A stretch of DNA of 64,000 nucleotides, taken from the NCBI GenBank assembly GCA_004431415.1, contig QPMI01000490.1:71065-135064 (forward strand), written 5' to 3'. How positions within the stretch are numbered: the first letter of the stretch is position 1; each line of letters starts with the position of its first letter. This document shows positions 1 to 12,800 of this stretch, one piece after another. The position numbers and the translations under genes are program-made. This DNA is from Cyanophora paradoxa CCMP329. Taxonomy: Eukaryota; Plantae; Glaucophyta. The notes under the pieces were generated by a model. That model was not told where the DNA came from. It did no database searches and saw nothing but the letters and a program-made list of their open reading frames with translations.

Positions 1-105
1 GCGGGGACGCCCGCAGAAATAAGAATAGTTCTTCAAGGAGACATATAAATTATGCGCAGTTCTCCAAGGAATAAGCTGAACGGTGCACACGCCGGGGGAC
101 GTCAT

Positions 106-790
106 CTAAGACTTGGGGCCGTTGGAGAGCTTGCGGAAGCGGGCGGAGGTGGAGGCGCCCGGGTTGGAGGTGACGGAGCTCTGGCGGGAGAGGGCCGGCT
201 GCTTGCGCACGACCTGCACCTCGCGCCAGTGCCCGCTCGTGTCGCCCTCATCCGCGACCACCGCGGCGGCGGCGGCCGCCTCCTCCGCCAGCGCCGCCAA
301 GTGCGCCTGCGTCGGGGCCACCGCGTGGTGCCCGTGCCCGTGCCCGCCGTGGCCGTGGCGCCCGTGCGGGCCCGTGTGCATGTTCAGGAAGCTCGTCGGC
401 GAGGCGACGACGGCCGAGATGACGACGCTGCCGCCGCCGTCGCCGTCGTCCAGGGCGGGCGGCATGGCGGAGAGCGTCGGGATCTCGGGGTGCGCGGTCG
501 GCCGGTCGCTCTGCCCGCGCGCCGGCCCGATGTGGTACACCGCGCTGTCGGCGCGGGCGAAGGCGCCGGCGCCGGCGCCGAGGGCGCGCAGGTTCGTGAA
601 CTCGACGGGGCCGCCGTCGCCGTCGCCGTCGGGCTGGTCGAGGTCGATGCCGGCGACGCGGGAGCGGCTGCGGCGGACGAGCGTGCGGCGGATGCCGTAC
701 GCGGAGAGGCCGACGACGAGCGCCGCGGCGACGGCGCCGACGACGATGCCGGCGACCACGGCCGCCTGGTTCACGCCCGAGGCCCCCGCC

Positions 791-823
<33 letters not shown>

Positions 824-3800
824 GCGCCCGAGCCGCCCGCGACGCTCGTGTCAAGCGACGGCGCGCCGGGCCCTGGAAGGTGGAGCCCGAGCCCGAGCCC
901 GAGCCCGGCGTGGACGGCTGCTGGGCGGTGTTGGTGGCGGGGCCAGAGCCGGCGCCGGCGCCCGACTGCCCGCCGGCGACGGGCGCGAGCGGGTCGGACG
1001 AGGCTGGCGGGGCCGGGGCGCTGTACGAGTAGCCGGCGACGTTCGAGACGCCGCTGACGGTGAGGCCGCCGAGGCGCAGCGTGCCGGCGCTGACGCGCGC
1101 CGCCAGCGACTCAAAGAGGGACGCCGGCGCCGGGGCCGAGCCGCCGGCCGCGGCCGCGATGGCGACGTCGATGAGGATGGAGCCGCAGCGGACGGCGCCG
1201 ACGGAGAGCTGGCCGGCGCCGCGCCCGAGCGACTCGACCAGGGACGCCGCGATGGCCGCCGGCGAGTTGCTCGCGATGAAGTCGTTGCAGACGTCCGCAG
1301 AGGCGACGGCGATGCGCAGCGTGAGCGAGATCGGCTGCGGCGTTGGCGCAGACGCCGGTGCAGAGGTCTCCTCGGCGCCCGCGGCCGGCGTTGGGCTCGG
1401 CTGCGCGGCCGCCGGCTGCGCCGAGGGCGCGGGCGACGGCGCGGCCCCCTCCGCGGCGGCGGCGGCGGCCGGCGTGGGCGCGGGCGTGGGCTGCGCGGGC
1501 GCCGCCTCGGGCTCGGCGGGCTCGTCGCTGACGGAGCGCGGGGCCGGCGGCGGCGGCGGCGTCTCGACGAGCACGTCGCGGACGGTCATGTTCGCCGCCT
1601 GCGCCAGGAGGGCGCTGAAGTTGCCCGACTCGGTCTTGGCGGCGATGAGCGCCGCCAGCTGCGCCAGCTCGCCGTACAGCTCCTCGGCGGCCGTCGTGCA
1701 GTTGGCGCCCATCACGATGTCGTCCACCGTGCACGTGCCGTTGCCGCCGCCGCCGCCCGCGGCCGGCCCCGTCGCGTTCGCGCTCGCCGCCGCGTCGGTG
1801 CCATTGAGTGCGGCCGAGCCGACGGGCACCTCGTCCGTCGTCGCCGGCGGCGTCTGCTCCGAGTAGCTGCGGGGCAAAGACGCGGTTCGTGAGCGGCGGC
1901 CGCGGGCGGCACTGCGGGCGGCGCGCTCGAGCTCGCGGCTCACCCCTCGGGGAGGATGTGGACGTCGACGGTCGACTCGCCTGCCAGCAGGCTGCGCCGG
2001 CTCGTCCCCGCGACGACGCTCACGACGCGGATGCGCAGCGGGTCGATGTTCAGCATGAAGGCCAGGCCCTGCACGAAGCTCGCCGTCCCCGAGTTGCTGC
2101 CAGGCGGGGCGATCAGCAATTAAGCTTCGGCTTTCACTTCGAAGAGATCGAGAACGGATGCGAGCGGAGCGCACAGGAACTGCTCGGTGGGCATCTCGAC
2201 GGTGAGGGAGACTTTGACGACGGGGACGACGCGGAGGGTGACGACGGCGCCGCCGCCGCGCACGACGAGGTGCAGCCGGCGCGCCACGAAGTCGAAGTGG
2301 TTCGAGCCGACGGGGTCAGTCAGCCGCGGCACGCTCGCGTTCATCGGGACGAAGACGGAGGCCACGGCGGCGCCGGCGCCGGCGCCGGCGCCGCGGACGA
2401 AGACGTCGATGCGGTGCGCCCGCATGTACAGGAGCGAGACGACCATCGAGTCGGAGGCGGTGCCCGTCAGCTGGCTCACGGTCATCACGTCGGGCATGGT
2501 GCCCGTGAAGGAGACGTTGGCGCGGCGGCCGGCGGGGATGACGGTGAAGAAGGTCGACGGCTTCGTGCGGCAGCGGTAGCCCATGCACCAGCCGAAGAAG
2601 GAGGGGCCGTTGATGACGTCGAGCGCGTCATCGACGTAGACGCCGACGGGGCCGATGCGGCGCGTCAGGCTGTCCGCGTCCTGCGAGGCGAACACGACCT
2701 GCTGGTGGTTGAGCTCCGGCCCCAGGCACCAGTACGCGTTGCCGGCCGGGACGAGGAGGCAGTCCTTGCGGGCGATGCCCTCCACGGGCTGCGCCGGGTT
2801 CCAGCGCGCCCACGGGACCTGGAGGGGGCGGGACATGTCGCCGGCGGCGGCGGCGGCCACGTCGAGGCGGAGCCAGTCGTCGGAGAAGGCCTGGTGCGAC
2901 GTGATGACCGAGCCGCCGCGGAAGCCCGTCAGCGTCCCGTCGGCGTCGCGGAAGAGGCTGCCGGGCGGCGCGCGCGGCCGCGTCAGGCGAAAGAAAGGAA
3001 GGACGGGGGCGGACTCGCGCGGACCACTTCTTGGCGGCGTCGCAGTGCATGTTGCCGCAGGTGTCCTCGTCGGGTGGCGCGGGCGGCCCGAAGCGGACGA
3101 AGTCCTCGCGCGAGACGTTGGCGAGCTCGATGCCCGAGAAGGTGTGCGCCACGCAGCGGTCCCCGCTCTTGTTGTTGTTCGTCATGCCCCACGACGCGAC
3201 GCTGAGGAAAGCAGAAGGATGTAAGAGACTGCATGCAAACTTCGGAAATGTGTGCATTGTAATCGAGCACCCGCAGGAGTCGAAGGCGGGCCCGAAGTTG
3301 GCGAAGAGGACGTTGGAGAAGAAGGCCTCGCCGAGGGGCGACGGCGGCTCCTTGACGCCGCCGGCCGGCCAGTCCTCGTCCTTGAGGACCGTCGGGAAAG
3401 AGGCGACGAAGACGCCGACGGTCGGGTCCGAGTGCTCGTGCGACTCGACCGGGCGGTACGCCGGCGGCCGCAGCGCGCAGTCGCGCTGCGCCGTGTGGCC
3501 CACGACGGCCGAGTTGCGGAACTGCACCTCGCGGCCCCTCCCGAGCTGTCGAGGGAGTTTAGATTTTTTTTATAGGCCAGGACGCAACATCCGAGATTGC
3601 TCTTCGACATCGCACCGTGATGAGCATGCCCTGCTTGTTGTCGACGAGGTTGACGCGGTCGACCTCGAGGAAGGAGGCGCCCAGGATGTTGACGTAGATG
3701 CCGTAGTCCCAGCTCTTCCAGACCGTGAAGTCGCTCACGCGCGCGCACGGCTCGGTGTTCTCGACCAGGATGACGCCGACGAGCGCCGAGTGCGCCGTGT

Positions 3801-6800
3801 TGTTGCGGAAGACGGGCGCCTGGCCCGAGGAGGGCCCGCACTGCACGCCGGCGTACTTGAAGCCGCCGCGCTCGGAGCCGCCGACGGCGTTGCCGGCGAT
3901 GACGGAGCCGGCGAGGTCGGTCGCCTCGAGGGAGAAGGCGGCCATCTTGCGGCGGTTGTCCTTGGCGGTGCGCGCCTGGTAGCGCGTCGCGATCGCGACG
4001 TTGCCGACGATGCGGGCCCGCGTCGCCGTCTCCTCCATCACGAAGACGGGGCCGATCGAGTCGAAGGCCACGTTCTCCTCCAACACGACGCCGGCGCTGG
4101 CGCGGATGGAGAGGGCGGGCGAGTAGCCGAGGCCGAAGGCGCAGCGGCGGACGACGGCGGCGCCCTCGGCGGCGGCGCCGAGGTTGCGGAACATGACGCC
4201 GGAGCGGTCGAGGCCGTCCTGCCCGAACGACTCGAAGGCGACGGAGTCGAAGACGGCGCGCCCGACGCCGACGAGCGGGCCGCCCGAGGCGCGCGGCTCG
4301 TCGTAGCGGCCGACGAGGACGTGCGCGCCGAACTGCTCCTCGAGCACCGAGACGGGCGACGGGTCCGAGCCGCGGATGACGACGTTGCGCGTCAGGACCG
4401 CCACCTCGGCGCGCGTGTCCAAGGTCAGGACGCGCCCGTCGGCGCGGGTGATGGTCTGCAGCGTGCCGAAGTGGCGGTGGCGCAGCGGGCGGTCCAGCGT
4501 GAGCGTCTGGCGCGTCCCGTTCAGGCGCACGCCGACGACGACGGCGCGGTCCCACTGGTTCGCGTCCCAGTCGGCGGCGGCGATCGCGATCGTGTCGTTG
4601 AGGCGCGCCAGCGGCCCGTCGACGACGACCTGCGTGGCGCCCGGCATGGCGTCCCCGTCCAGGCGCTGCGGAACGGTCTCAGATCACGGAAACACACGAC
4701 AAGACAGAGATCGCTAACGCACCGTCCAGGACTTGAGGGGCGGGATGCCGTGCGCCTCGAGCCGCCCGAAGACGGCGAGGCCCTTGGTGCCGAGGTTGAG
4801 CGTGTTCGAGAGGGCCCAGTCGTTCGGGGCGAAGCGGCTCCCCGTGAGCACGATCTGGGGCACGCGCAGCGCGAGTCAGATTCGATGCGTCCAGGGGCGC
4901 GGAAGGGGCCGACCTCGGCGCGGTTGAGGAAGGGCCTGGTGGCGTTGCCGATGGTGAGGCGCCCCGTGGCGGTGACGAGCACGTTGCGCGCCACGAGCGA
5001 CAGCGTCGTGTTCGAGACGGACTCGTCGAAGCGGAGCCAGCCGCGGACGGTGACGCGGTTGAGGCCCGGCGTGGCCGTGTCGAGGACCATGCGGCGCCAG
5101 GACTCGATCAGGACGTCCTCGCCGGCCCGCGGGACCGTGAAGTTGCGCTCGGGCCACGATTTCGGGTCCGACCAGCGGAACCACGTGTCGTTGCCGGGCG
5201 CCTCCGGCACCGACGGCGGCGCCGGGCAGCCAGAGTCCGGGCACATGTGGACGGGCGTCGCGAGCCACGTCGGCGAGCTGTCGTTCACGCAGCCGACGGC
5301 GAGCGTCCACGAGGACGGGCTCCGCGTGTAGTTGAAGGCGCCGGCGCCGGGGCTGCTGAGCAGCTCGGCGAGCGGCGTGCCGGCCATCTCGGTGCGGGTC
5401 GCGGCGACGCCGCGGAGGGTGCGGCGGACGTGCACGTGGTCCGGGGCCGACGTGAAGTCGAACTGGAGGTACATGGTCTCGTTCGGGTGCCAGAGCGAGG
5501 CGTGCAGGTTGAAGTCCTCGGGGTCGACGTACGCCCTTGCGAGCGGGGCGCCCGTCCCCTGGAAGTCCCACTGCAGCGAGTAGCGGCGCCCGACCTTGGC
5601 GAGGAAGACCCAGCCGAACTGGGGAGGCGCGCCGTCAACGTCAAGCAGAAGCAAAGACCGTCGAGACGCAAAGTTAAGGCGGACCTCGTTGTACTTGTCC
5701 CAGGGTACCTGCAGCGTGGCGTTCGTGCCGAGGTCGGTGACGAGAAGGAACTTAAAGTCGAGCGCGCTCGGCGCGATCCCGTTGATGTGCACGCGGCGGA
5801 AGGGCGCCCCCGTGCAGACGGCGCTGCGCCAGCCCGGCGGGTGCGAGCACTCCGGCAGCGCGAGCGTGTGCGGCGTCGGCATCTGCGGGCGCCGAAGAGT
5901 GAGGGCGCGTGTGATTACGAGGCGACGCGGAGCTGGAGCGCACCAGGATCTGGCCGCCGGGGGTGCCGGTGAGGGTGCCGTCGACGTCCGTGACGATGCC
6001 CACATCCTGCCACGCGTACCGAGCGTACCTGGAGAGAGATTGAGCGCGCTGCTCCGAGTGGATTCAGACAGCGAGAAGGCGGGCACCAGTAGACGTTCTC
6101 GAACTTGAGCTTCTCGACCCAGGTGTTGAAGCCGCCCTGGCGGGAGTGGGCCTTGGCGCCCGGCTCGAAGACGGCGTCACCCTCGCCCTCGAAGTTGACG
6201 AAGGTCACGTTGGAGATGGTGAAGCCGTAGGACTTGGGCGTCCAGACGCCGACGCGGCCCTCGCCCCGCGTCGGGTTGTACTGCGAGCTGCCCACGACGA
6301 CGATGTCCTCCGCCCGCGAGATGTTCTCGAACGAGTTGCGGTGGTTGCCGCGGCCGAGCGTGCCGCCGAACGCCATGTCGATCCAGCCGTCCTCGCCCGG
6401 GTGCACGCCCGTCACCTCGAAGCCGAAGCGTTTGTTGTCGACGAGGATCATGTCACGGAAGGTGACCCACGAGACCGCCGTCGCCGTGAAGCCGTTGCGC
6501 CCGTTGGCGTACGTCGTGAAGTTGTGGAAGACGGCGGGGGCCGGCCGGTTGCGGACGAACGGGACCGTGCTGGGGTAGAACTCGGGGAAGATGCGGAAGC
6601 CGTACCGGCCCGACGAGTGCGCTGCCATCGTATCAGAGCGGGCGCGAGTCGCGCCGCGAAACTACATGCTCGCACCGGTGTTGTTACGGAACTCGCCGAG
6701 GGGCGCGCACTTGGGGCAGATCTCCGTGTTGCCGAGGAAGGCGCCGTCGGGGGCCCCAAGCAGCTGGTACCAAAAGCCCCAGTCCGAGCCGACCGCCACG

Positions 6801-9800
6801 TTGTTCGTCTGCGCAGCGGAATCAGCGCTGTCAACTGGTACGGTGACTAGCAAGCAAAAGGCGCACGATGTAGTTGGTCGGGTGCACGATCCAGAAGCCG
6901 GCGGGTTGCTGGTCCGTGTTGAGCATCGAGAACGAGGGGATGTTCGTCTGAACGCGAAAGCGTGAGTGAGAGAAACGCAGATCTAGAGCGGGTCCGCTGC
7001 GGCCGCGCACGATGATAAGGTTCTGGTCGATGACGTTCTCGCGCTCGACGCCATCCTCGAGGAAGTATGCGTGGCCCTCGATGCGGTACGCCACGTTGCG
7101 GGTGACGCGCAGGCGGTTGACGCCGTGCACCGCCACCGCGCGGTTCCATGAGCGGTGGATGGCGCACGAGCGCACGTACGACTGCGTGGTGTCGCCCATC
7201 ATGTGGAAGTGGATGGCGTAGCGGCCGAGCGTGAAGGCCTGGCCGACGTCGAAGAACTCGACGTTGTCCATCCGCGTCGTCGACGCCATGCCCATCGAGG
7301 CCATGCTGTGGATCAGCATCGTCGCGCCGAAGCGGAACGCGAGCGTCGACTCCGGGTCGCCCCGCACGAGCACGTTGCGCGTCAGGTACGCCACCTCCGC
7401 ACGCTGCGGGCGAAGCGCGTGAGAAATAGAGAGGAAAAGCTTTGAGCAGCGATTGCAAATGGCGCGCCATGTCGATGGTCTTGCCGCCGAACATGTCGAT
7501 GACGCCGAGGTGGCGGTAGTTGAGGGGGCGGTCGAGGACGACCGTGCGGCGGTCCTCCGAGACGGCGACGATCGCGCGCTCCTCCGACTCGGCGTCCCCG
7601 TCGAAGGAGCTCGAGGCGACGGCGACGCGGCCGCCCACCTCCCAGTCCACGGGCTCCTTCAGCGTGATGTTCGCGTCGCCGGGCCAGACGGTCGCCGCCA
7701 GCTGCGTCCACGGCAGCCGCGGCGTGCCGTGGAAGTCGAGGACGCCGCCGCGCTGCGCGATGACCTGCGGCGGGCAATCAGATTTCAGAGCTCGACAGAA
7801 GCCGGTTCCGAGCGCTGGGACGGCGGGGCTGACCTTGGCGCCGTACTTGGGGATCTCGTAGGAGAGCGGCGTGCCGTAGAGGGTGACGGTCGCCTTGTGC
7901 TGGTAGGGCTTGCCCTCCGTGCCGATCTGGAGGCGCGCGTGGTGCCCGCGCAGCATGATCTGCGGCAGGCGTCAGCTGCAGCTTCCGGTCTTCGCAGCGA
8001 CGGCTGCTCTCTGAGCGCACCCACTCGGCGCGGAGCTCGTAGTCGCCCTGGTCGTCGAAGATGAGGGAGCCCTCGATGAGGAGGAGGCGGAGCTTGGCGG
8101 GCGAGCAGTCGAGGAGGACGGTCTGGTGCGCCAGGATGACCACCGAGTCGCCGTCCGCCGGCGGCGCCGCGCCGCCCCAGGTCGTGCGGCGGCTCCAGAG
8201 GTCCGCGAACGCGTACGTGGCCGACGCGTCAGCGAGGCCCTTGCCGGCGACGAGCACCGCGGGGGCCATCGGCATGCCGTGGCTGGAGGCGCGCGTCACG
8301 CAGACCACCTCGGTCTCCGTCGCGCTCTGCACGTCGCAGACGGTGCCACCGGCGAGGGTCACGTTCGGCGCGGCGCCGGCGGCCGAGAGGAGGCCGGTGC
8401 CGGTGAGGGTGATGACCGTGCCTCCCGCGGTGCTGCCGCGGTTCGGCGTGACCGAGACGACGGTGGGCGTGGACGCCGCCGAGTAGGCAAACGTCACGTT
8501 GGTGAAGGTCGCGTTCACGGCGGCGGCCTCTGGGCTGTTGAAGACCGAGACGACGATCCGGCAGGCGCCGGTCGTGTTGCTAGAGACGCGTCCGGTGACG
8601 CAGACGAGCGACGTGTACGAGGACGAGGTGACGCGGCAGGGTGCGCCGCAGATGGTGACGCCCGTCGCGTTGTGGGCCGCCGGGTCGAAGCCGTTGCCGT
8701 CGATTGTCACCGACTGGCCGCCGGCGAACGAGGACGTGGCGGGGGCGATGGCGAAGACGGAGAGCGGGACGGTGAAGCGGGTCGTGGGCGCGACGGTCGC
8801 GTAGCCGCGGTCCGCGAAGAGGACCGAGACGCGCTGGCTGGGGCCCGCGCGGCCGGCGCTCAGCGTGCACGAGATGGCGACGGTGGTGGCCGCAGTGGGC
8901 GTGCACGACGAGGCGCCGACGGTCACCGCAATGTCCGAGAGGCTCCAGCTGCTATCGTTGCCGTACGTGCCGATGATGGTGATGCTGACGCCTGAGAAGC
9001 CCGATGAGGGCTTGACGCTGGTCACGGCCGGCGTGTAGTTCGCCGAGTACTGGAAGGCGGGGCCAGCGACGGAGACGCCGTTGACGGCGACCTGCACGGG
9101 CGCCGCGCCCGCCGAGCCGGAGGGCAGCGTGCACGTCAGGCTCGTGTAGGCGGCGGCAAGGACGGGGCAGGCGCGGCCGCCGACGGTCACGTCGACGGCG
9201 GACGCGTTGGGCCCGAAGCCGGTGCCGTTGATGTGCAGCACCGCCCCGCCGTTCGTCTGCGATCGCGAGGGCGTCAGGCTAACATGGACTGAAAAAGACA
9301 GTCAAAGAGGCGCACAGAGCCGGCGTTGCGGAAGGTGCCATCGAAGACGGGCAGCCCGAGCGACGTGACGGAGAGGGCGTAGCCAAAGCTGGTGGCCGGC
9401 TCGGGCTGCGCGGCGAGGCCGACGGTCTCGACGAGGATGACGACGGGGAAGGCGCCGGCGACGCCGAGGCCGAGCGTGCATGCGATGGATTCATTGGAGG
9501 ACGACTCGACCGCGCAGGGCGCAGTGCCGATGCTGACGGAGAGCGCGCCGGTGGGGAAGAAGCCCGAGATGGTGAGCACATCGCCGTTGGCGCCCGAGGC
9601 GGGACTGACGGAGCTGATCTGCGGCGTGGTCTCCGCCGCGATGGTGACGGTGCAGGCGGTCGCGGCGTCAGAGCAAACAACGGCGGCGCCGGCGACGGAC
9701 GAGATGGCGTACGCGCCGGCGGCGGCGGCGCCGACGGCGGGCATGGTGCAGGCAACCTCGCCGGCAGCGAGGGCGGTCATGGCGCAGGCGATTGCCGGGC

Positions 9801-12800
9801 CCGAGGCGGGCGTCAGCTCCACGACGGCTGCGGAGACAGGCCCTGCGAGCTTGACGGAGCCGGCGAGGCCGAGGCGGAGCGCGAGGCCGCCGGCCAGCGA
9901 CGCCGCGGCGCTGGAGAGGCCCGTGACCTCGGCGGCGTACTCAAAGGAGGCGGCGCCCGAGGCGGCGCCCGTGCCGGCGAAGACGACGGAGACGGCGGCG
10001 GGGCCCGGGAGGGACTCGCCGGCCACGCAGACGATGGAGTCATCGGCGACGCTCGTGACGGCGCAGGGTGCCGCGCCGAGCTGCACGGTCGGCGCGCCGA
10101 CGGCCTGCGAGAAGTTGCCGCCGGCAATGGTGACCGTCGCTCCGATGCCGGCGGCGGGGGGCAAGACGCCCGTGATTGTCGGCGTGGCCGCTGCGCGGGG
10201 TCTAAGCGGGGGACTCGAGTAGAGAGGGCAAATGGAGGCGTACCGGGGTCGAATGTGTAGGCCGGGGCTGGGAGGGCGACGCTGACGTTGCCGAAGGCGA
10301 CGGACGCGACGAGGAAGGGCTCGCTCGCGTTGGGCGCGGCGGCGGGCCGGCAGACGAAGGCGCCGGCCGCGGACGAGAGCGGGGCGCACGCGACGGAGCC
10401 GCCGGCCGCCGAGACGAGCTCGACTGAGGCGAAGGTCGCGGGGTCGACGGGGAAGCCCCGCCCCGCGAACGTGACGGCACCGCCGCCCAGGACCGAGCCG
10501 GAGGCGGGGCTCGCCGACGCGATCTCTGCTCCGGGAAGGCGCGGTCAGATTGAGAAGAATGAGAGCGGCAGGCCGGGACCGGGGCCGGCGTGCGCACCGG
10601 TGCCGACGGCGACGGAGACGGCGCCCGAGGCGCGGCCGGCGGCGGGGAGCAGGATGGAGAGGGGCAGGTCGCCGCCGTAGAGGGCCCGCGCGACGCTGCA
10701 GACGAGGGACGAGGCGGTGGCCGACGCGGCGTCGACCGCGCAGGGCACGCCCCCGATGGCGACCTCGGCGTCGGCCGCGAGGAGCGCCCCGGTGACGGTG
10801 AAGGTGGCCACGTCGCCAAAGGGGCCGCAGGCCGCCGGCGAGATCGAGGCGACCGAGGGCGTCGCGGCGCCGTCGGCGGCGAAGGCGGCCGCCAGCGTCG
10901 CCGACTGTCCACCGACGGCGACGACGACGTCGTGGGCGCCCTCCGCGAGGGCCGGCGCCGCGCAGACGAGGCTCCCGTACGCGGAGGAGAGCACGGGGCA
11001 CTCCGCGCCGCCGACGGTGACAGAGGCCGTCGCGTTGCCGAGGGGCCCCAGGCCGGCGCCCGAGACGGTCAGGCGCGCGCCGCCCAGGGTGCCGCCCGCC
11101 GCGGGCGACACCGACGTCGCGCCTGCGCAAGGTCGCGTAAGCTCGGGGAAGCAGGGTTCAGAGGAGACCGCAGTACAGGCGCACTCAGGGTAGAGTTGAA
11201 CTTGGCGGAGCTCGAGGCAGCGCCGAAGCCGGCGACGGTCACCGCGACGTCGTGCTCGCCGGCCGGCAGCGCGGGGACGGTGCACTCGAGCGAGGACGGC
11301 GAGGCGCGGGCGACGGCGGCGCAGGCGACGCCGCCGATCGCGACGGCGGCGTCGCGCGTGTCGTTGAGGCCCTTGAAGTCACCCGAGACGGTCACGTTGT
11401 CGCCGGCGAAGCCGGCCGCCGGCGCGACCGACGCGACCGAGGGCGTGGCCTCTGCGGCGAGAGTGAGGAGCGGTGTCCGGCAGCTGCAGGGAGAGACCGG
11501 CGCGCCCGCACCGTCCGAGAGCGTGAAGGTGCAGTCGTCCATCTTGCAGGCGGCGAGGAGGCCGTTGACGCGGACGGTGACCTGCGGGGCCGGCTCGACC
11601 GTCGAGAGGAACTCGCCGGGGATCGGCCCCAGCATGAAGCCGCCCGAGGCGCGCTCGGTCGCCGTGGCGGTGACGGCGCCCGAGGGCGCGGAGAGGCCCG
11701 AGGCGTCGACCTCGAGGAGCGGGAGGTCGCCCGGCGTGCCGTCGAAGGTCACGTCGTAGTTGAGGCCGTAGCAGGAGCCCCAGCGGAGGACCGAGGCGCG
11801 CAGGCCGACGGCGAGCAGCGCGGCGCGCACGTCGGCGGCCGGCGCGTCCCACGCGAGCGGCTCCGTCGCGTTGGCGAGGCCCGGCATGGCGAGCGTGAAG
11901 GTGCCCGAGAGGCCGGCCTCGGCGCTCTGGTTCCTGGCGGCCGACGCGGCGAGCGGGGCGGGGCCGGAGAGGGCCGAGGCGGAGATGTCGGCGGCCGGCG
12001 CGCAGGTGCGGAGGCTCACGTCGTACGCGAAGGTGGCGGGGCCGGCGGCGCGGCGGGCGACGGAGACGGACTGGACCCACTCGGGGACGTAGCCCGAGAC
12101 GGAGAACTCGTCGATCCAGAAGGCGCCCGCCGGCTCGCTGACGCCGTCGCCGGCGAGGACGATGCTCTGCACGAAGCGCTGGCCCGCGCCGAAGCGCGCG
12201 TCCAGGATCCGGTCCAGGTCGATGCACGTGTAGTGCCTGGGCGCAGCGTGAGCGGGGCTGAAGCTTACGCTTAAGTGCATTGGGACGCGCGCACCACTGG
12301 TTGTCGGCGATGACGTTCCAGGAGGCGACGGGGGGGAAGCTCGAGGTCGGGTCGATCGGCATGGTCATCTCGAGGGAGCGCCAGCCCTGGCCGCTGATTT
12401 GCACTGCGACGCGGGCAGGGGCGTCACTCCACAGGAACGAGGCGGGCTCGGAGCTCGAGGGCCGCCGGCGGCACTGACCGAGCATGTTGGCGCGCGTGGA
12501 GGCCGGGATGCGGTAGGCCATGCAGACGAGCGGGTAGAGGTTCGTGTCGTAGCCGGCGGAGGTCATCCCCGGGCGCAGGTTCATCTCCCGCTCGAAGGCG
12601 CGCACGCTGGCGCCGCCCTCGACGCGCATCGAGACCGAGCCGGCGTACGCCGTCGTGTCGTCGGCGGCGGCCGTGGCAGCGCCCGAGCGGCGCTGCCAGG
12701 CGCCGCCGGCCTCGAACGAGTCGCGGAAGAGGAGGTCGGGGGGCTGGAGGAGGCCGCCGTCCGTCCGGTCCATCGCGAAGACGAGCGACTCGACGGCCGC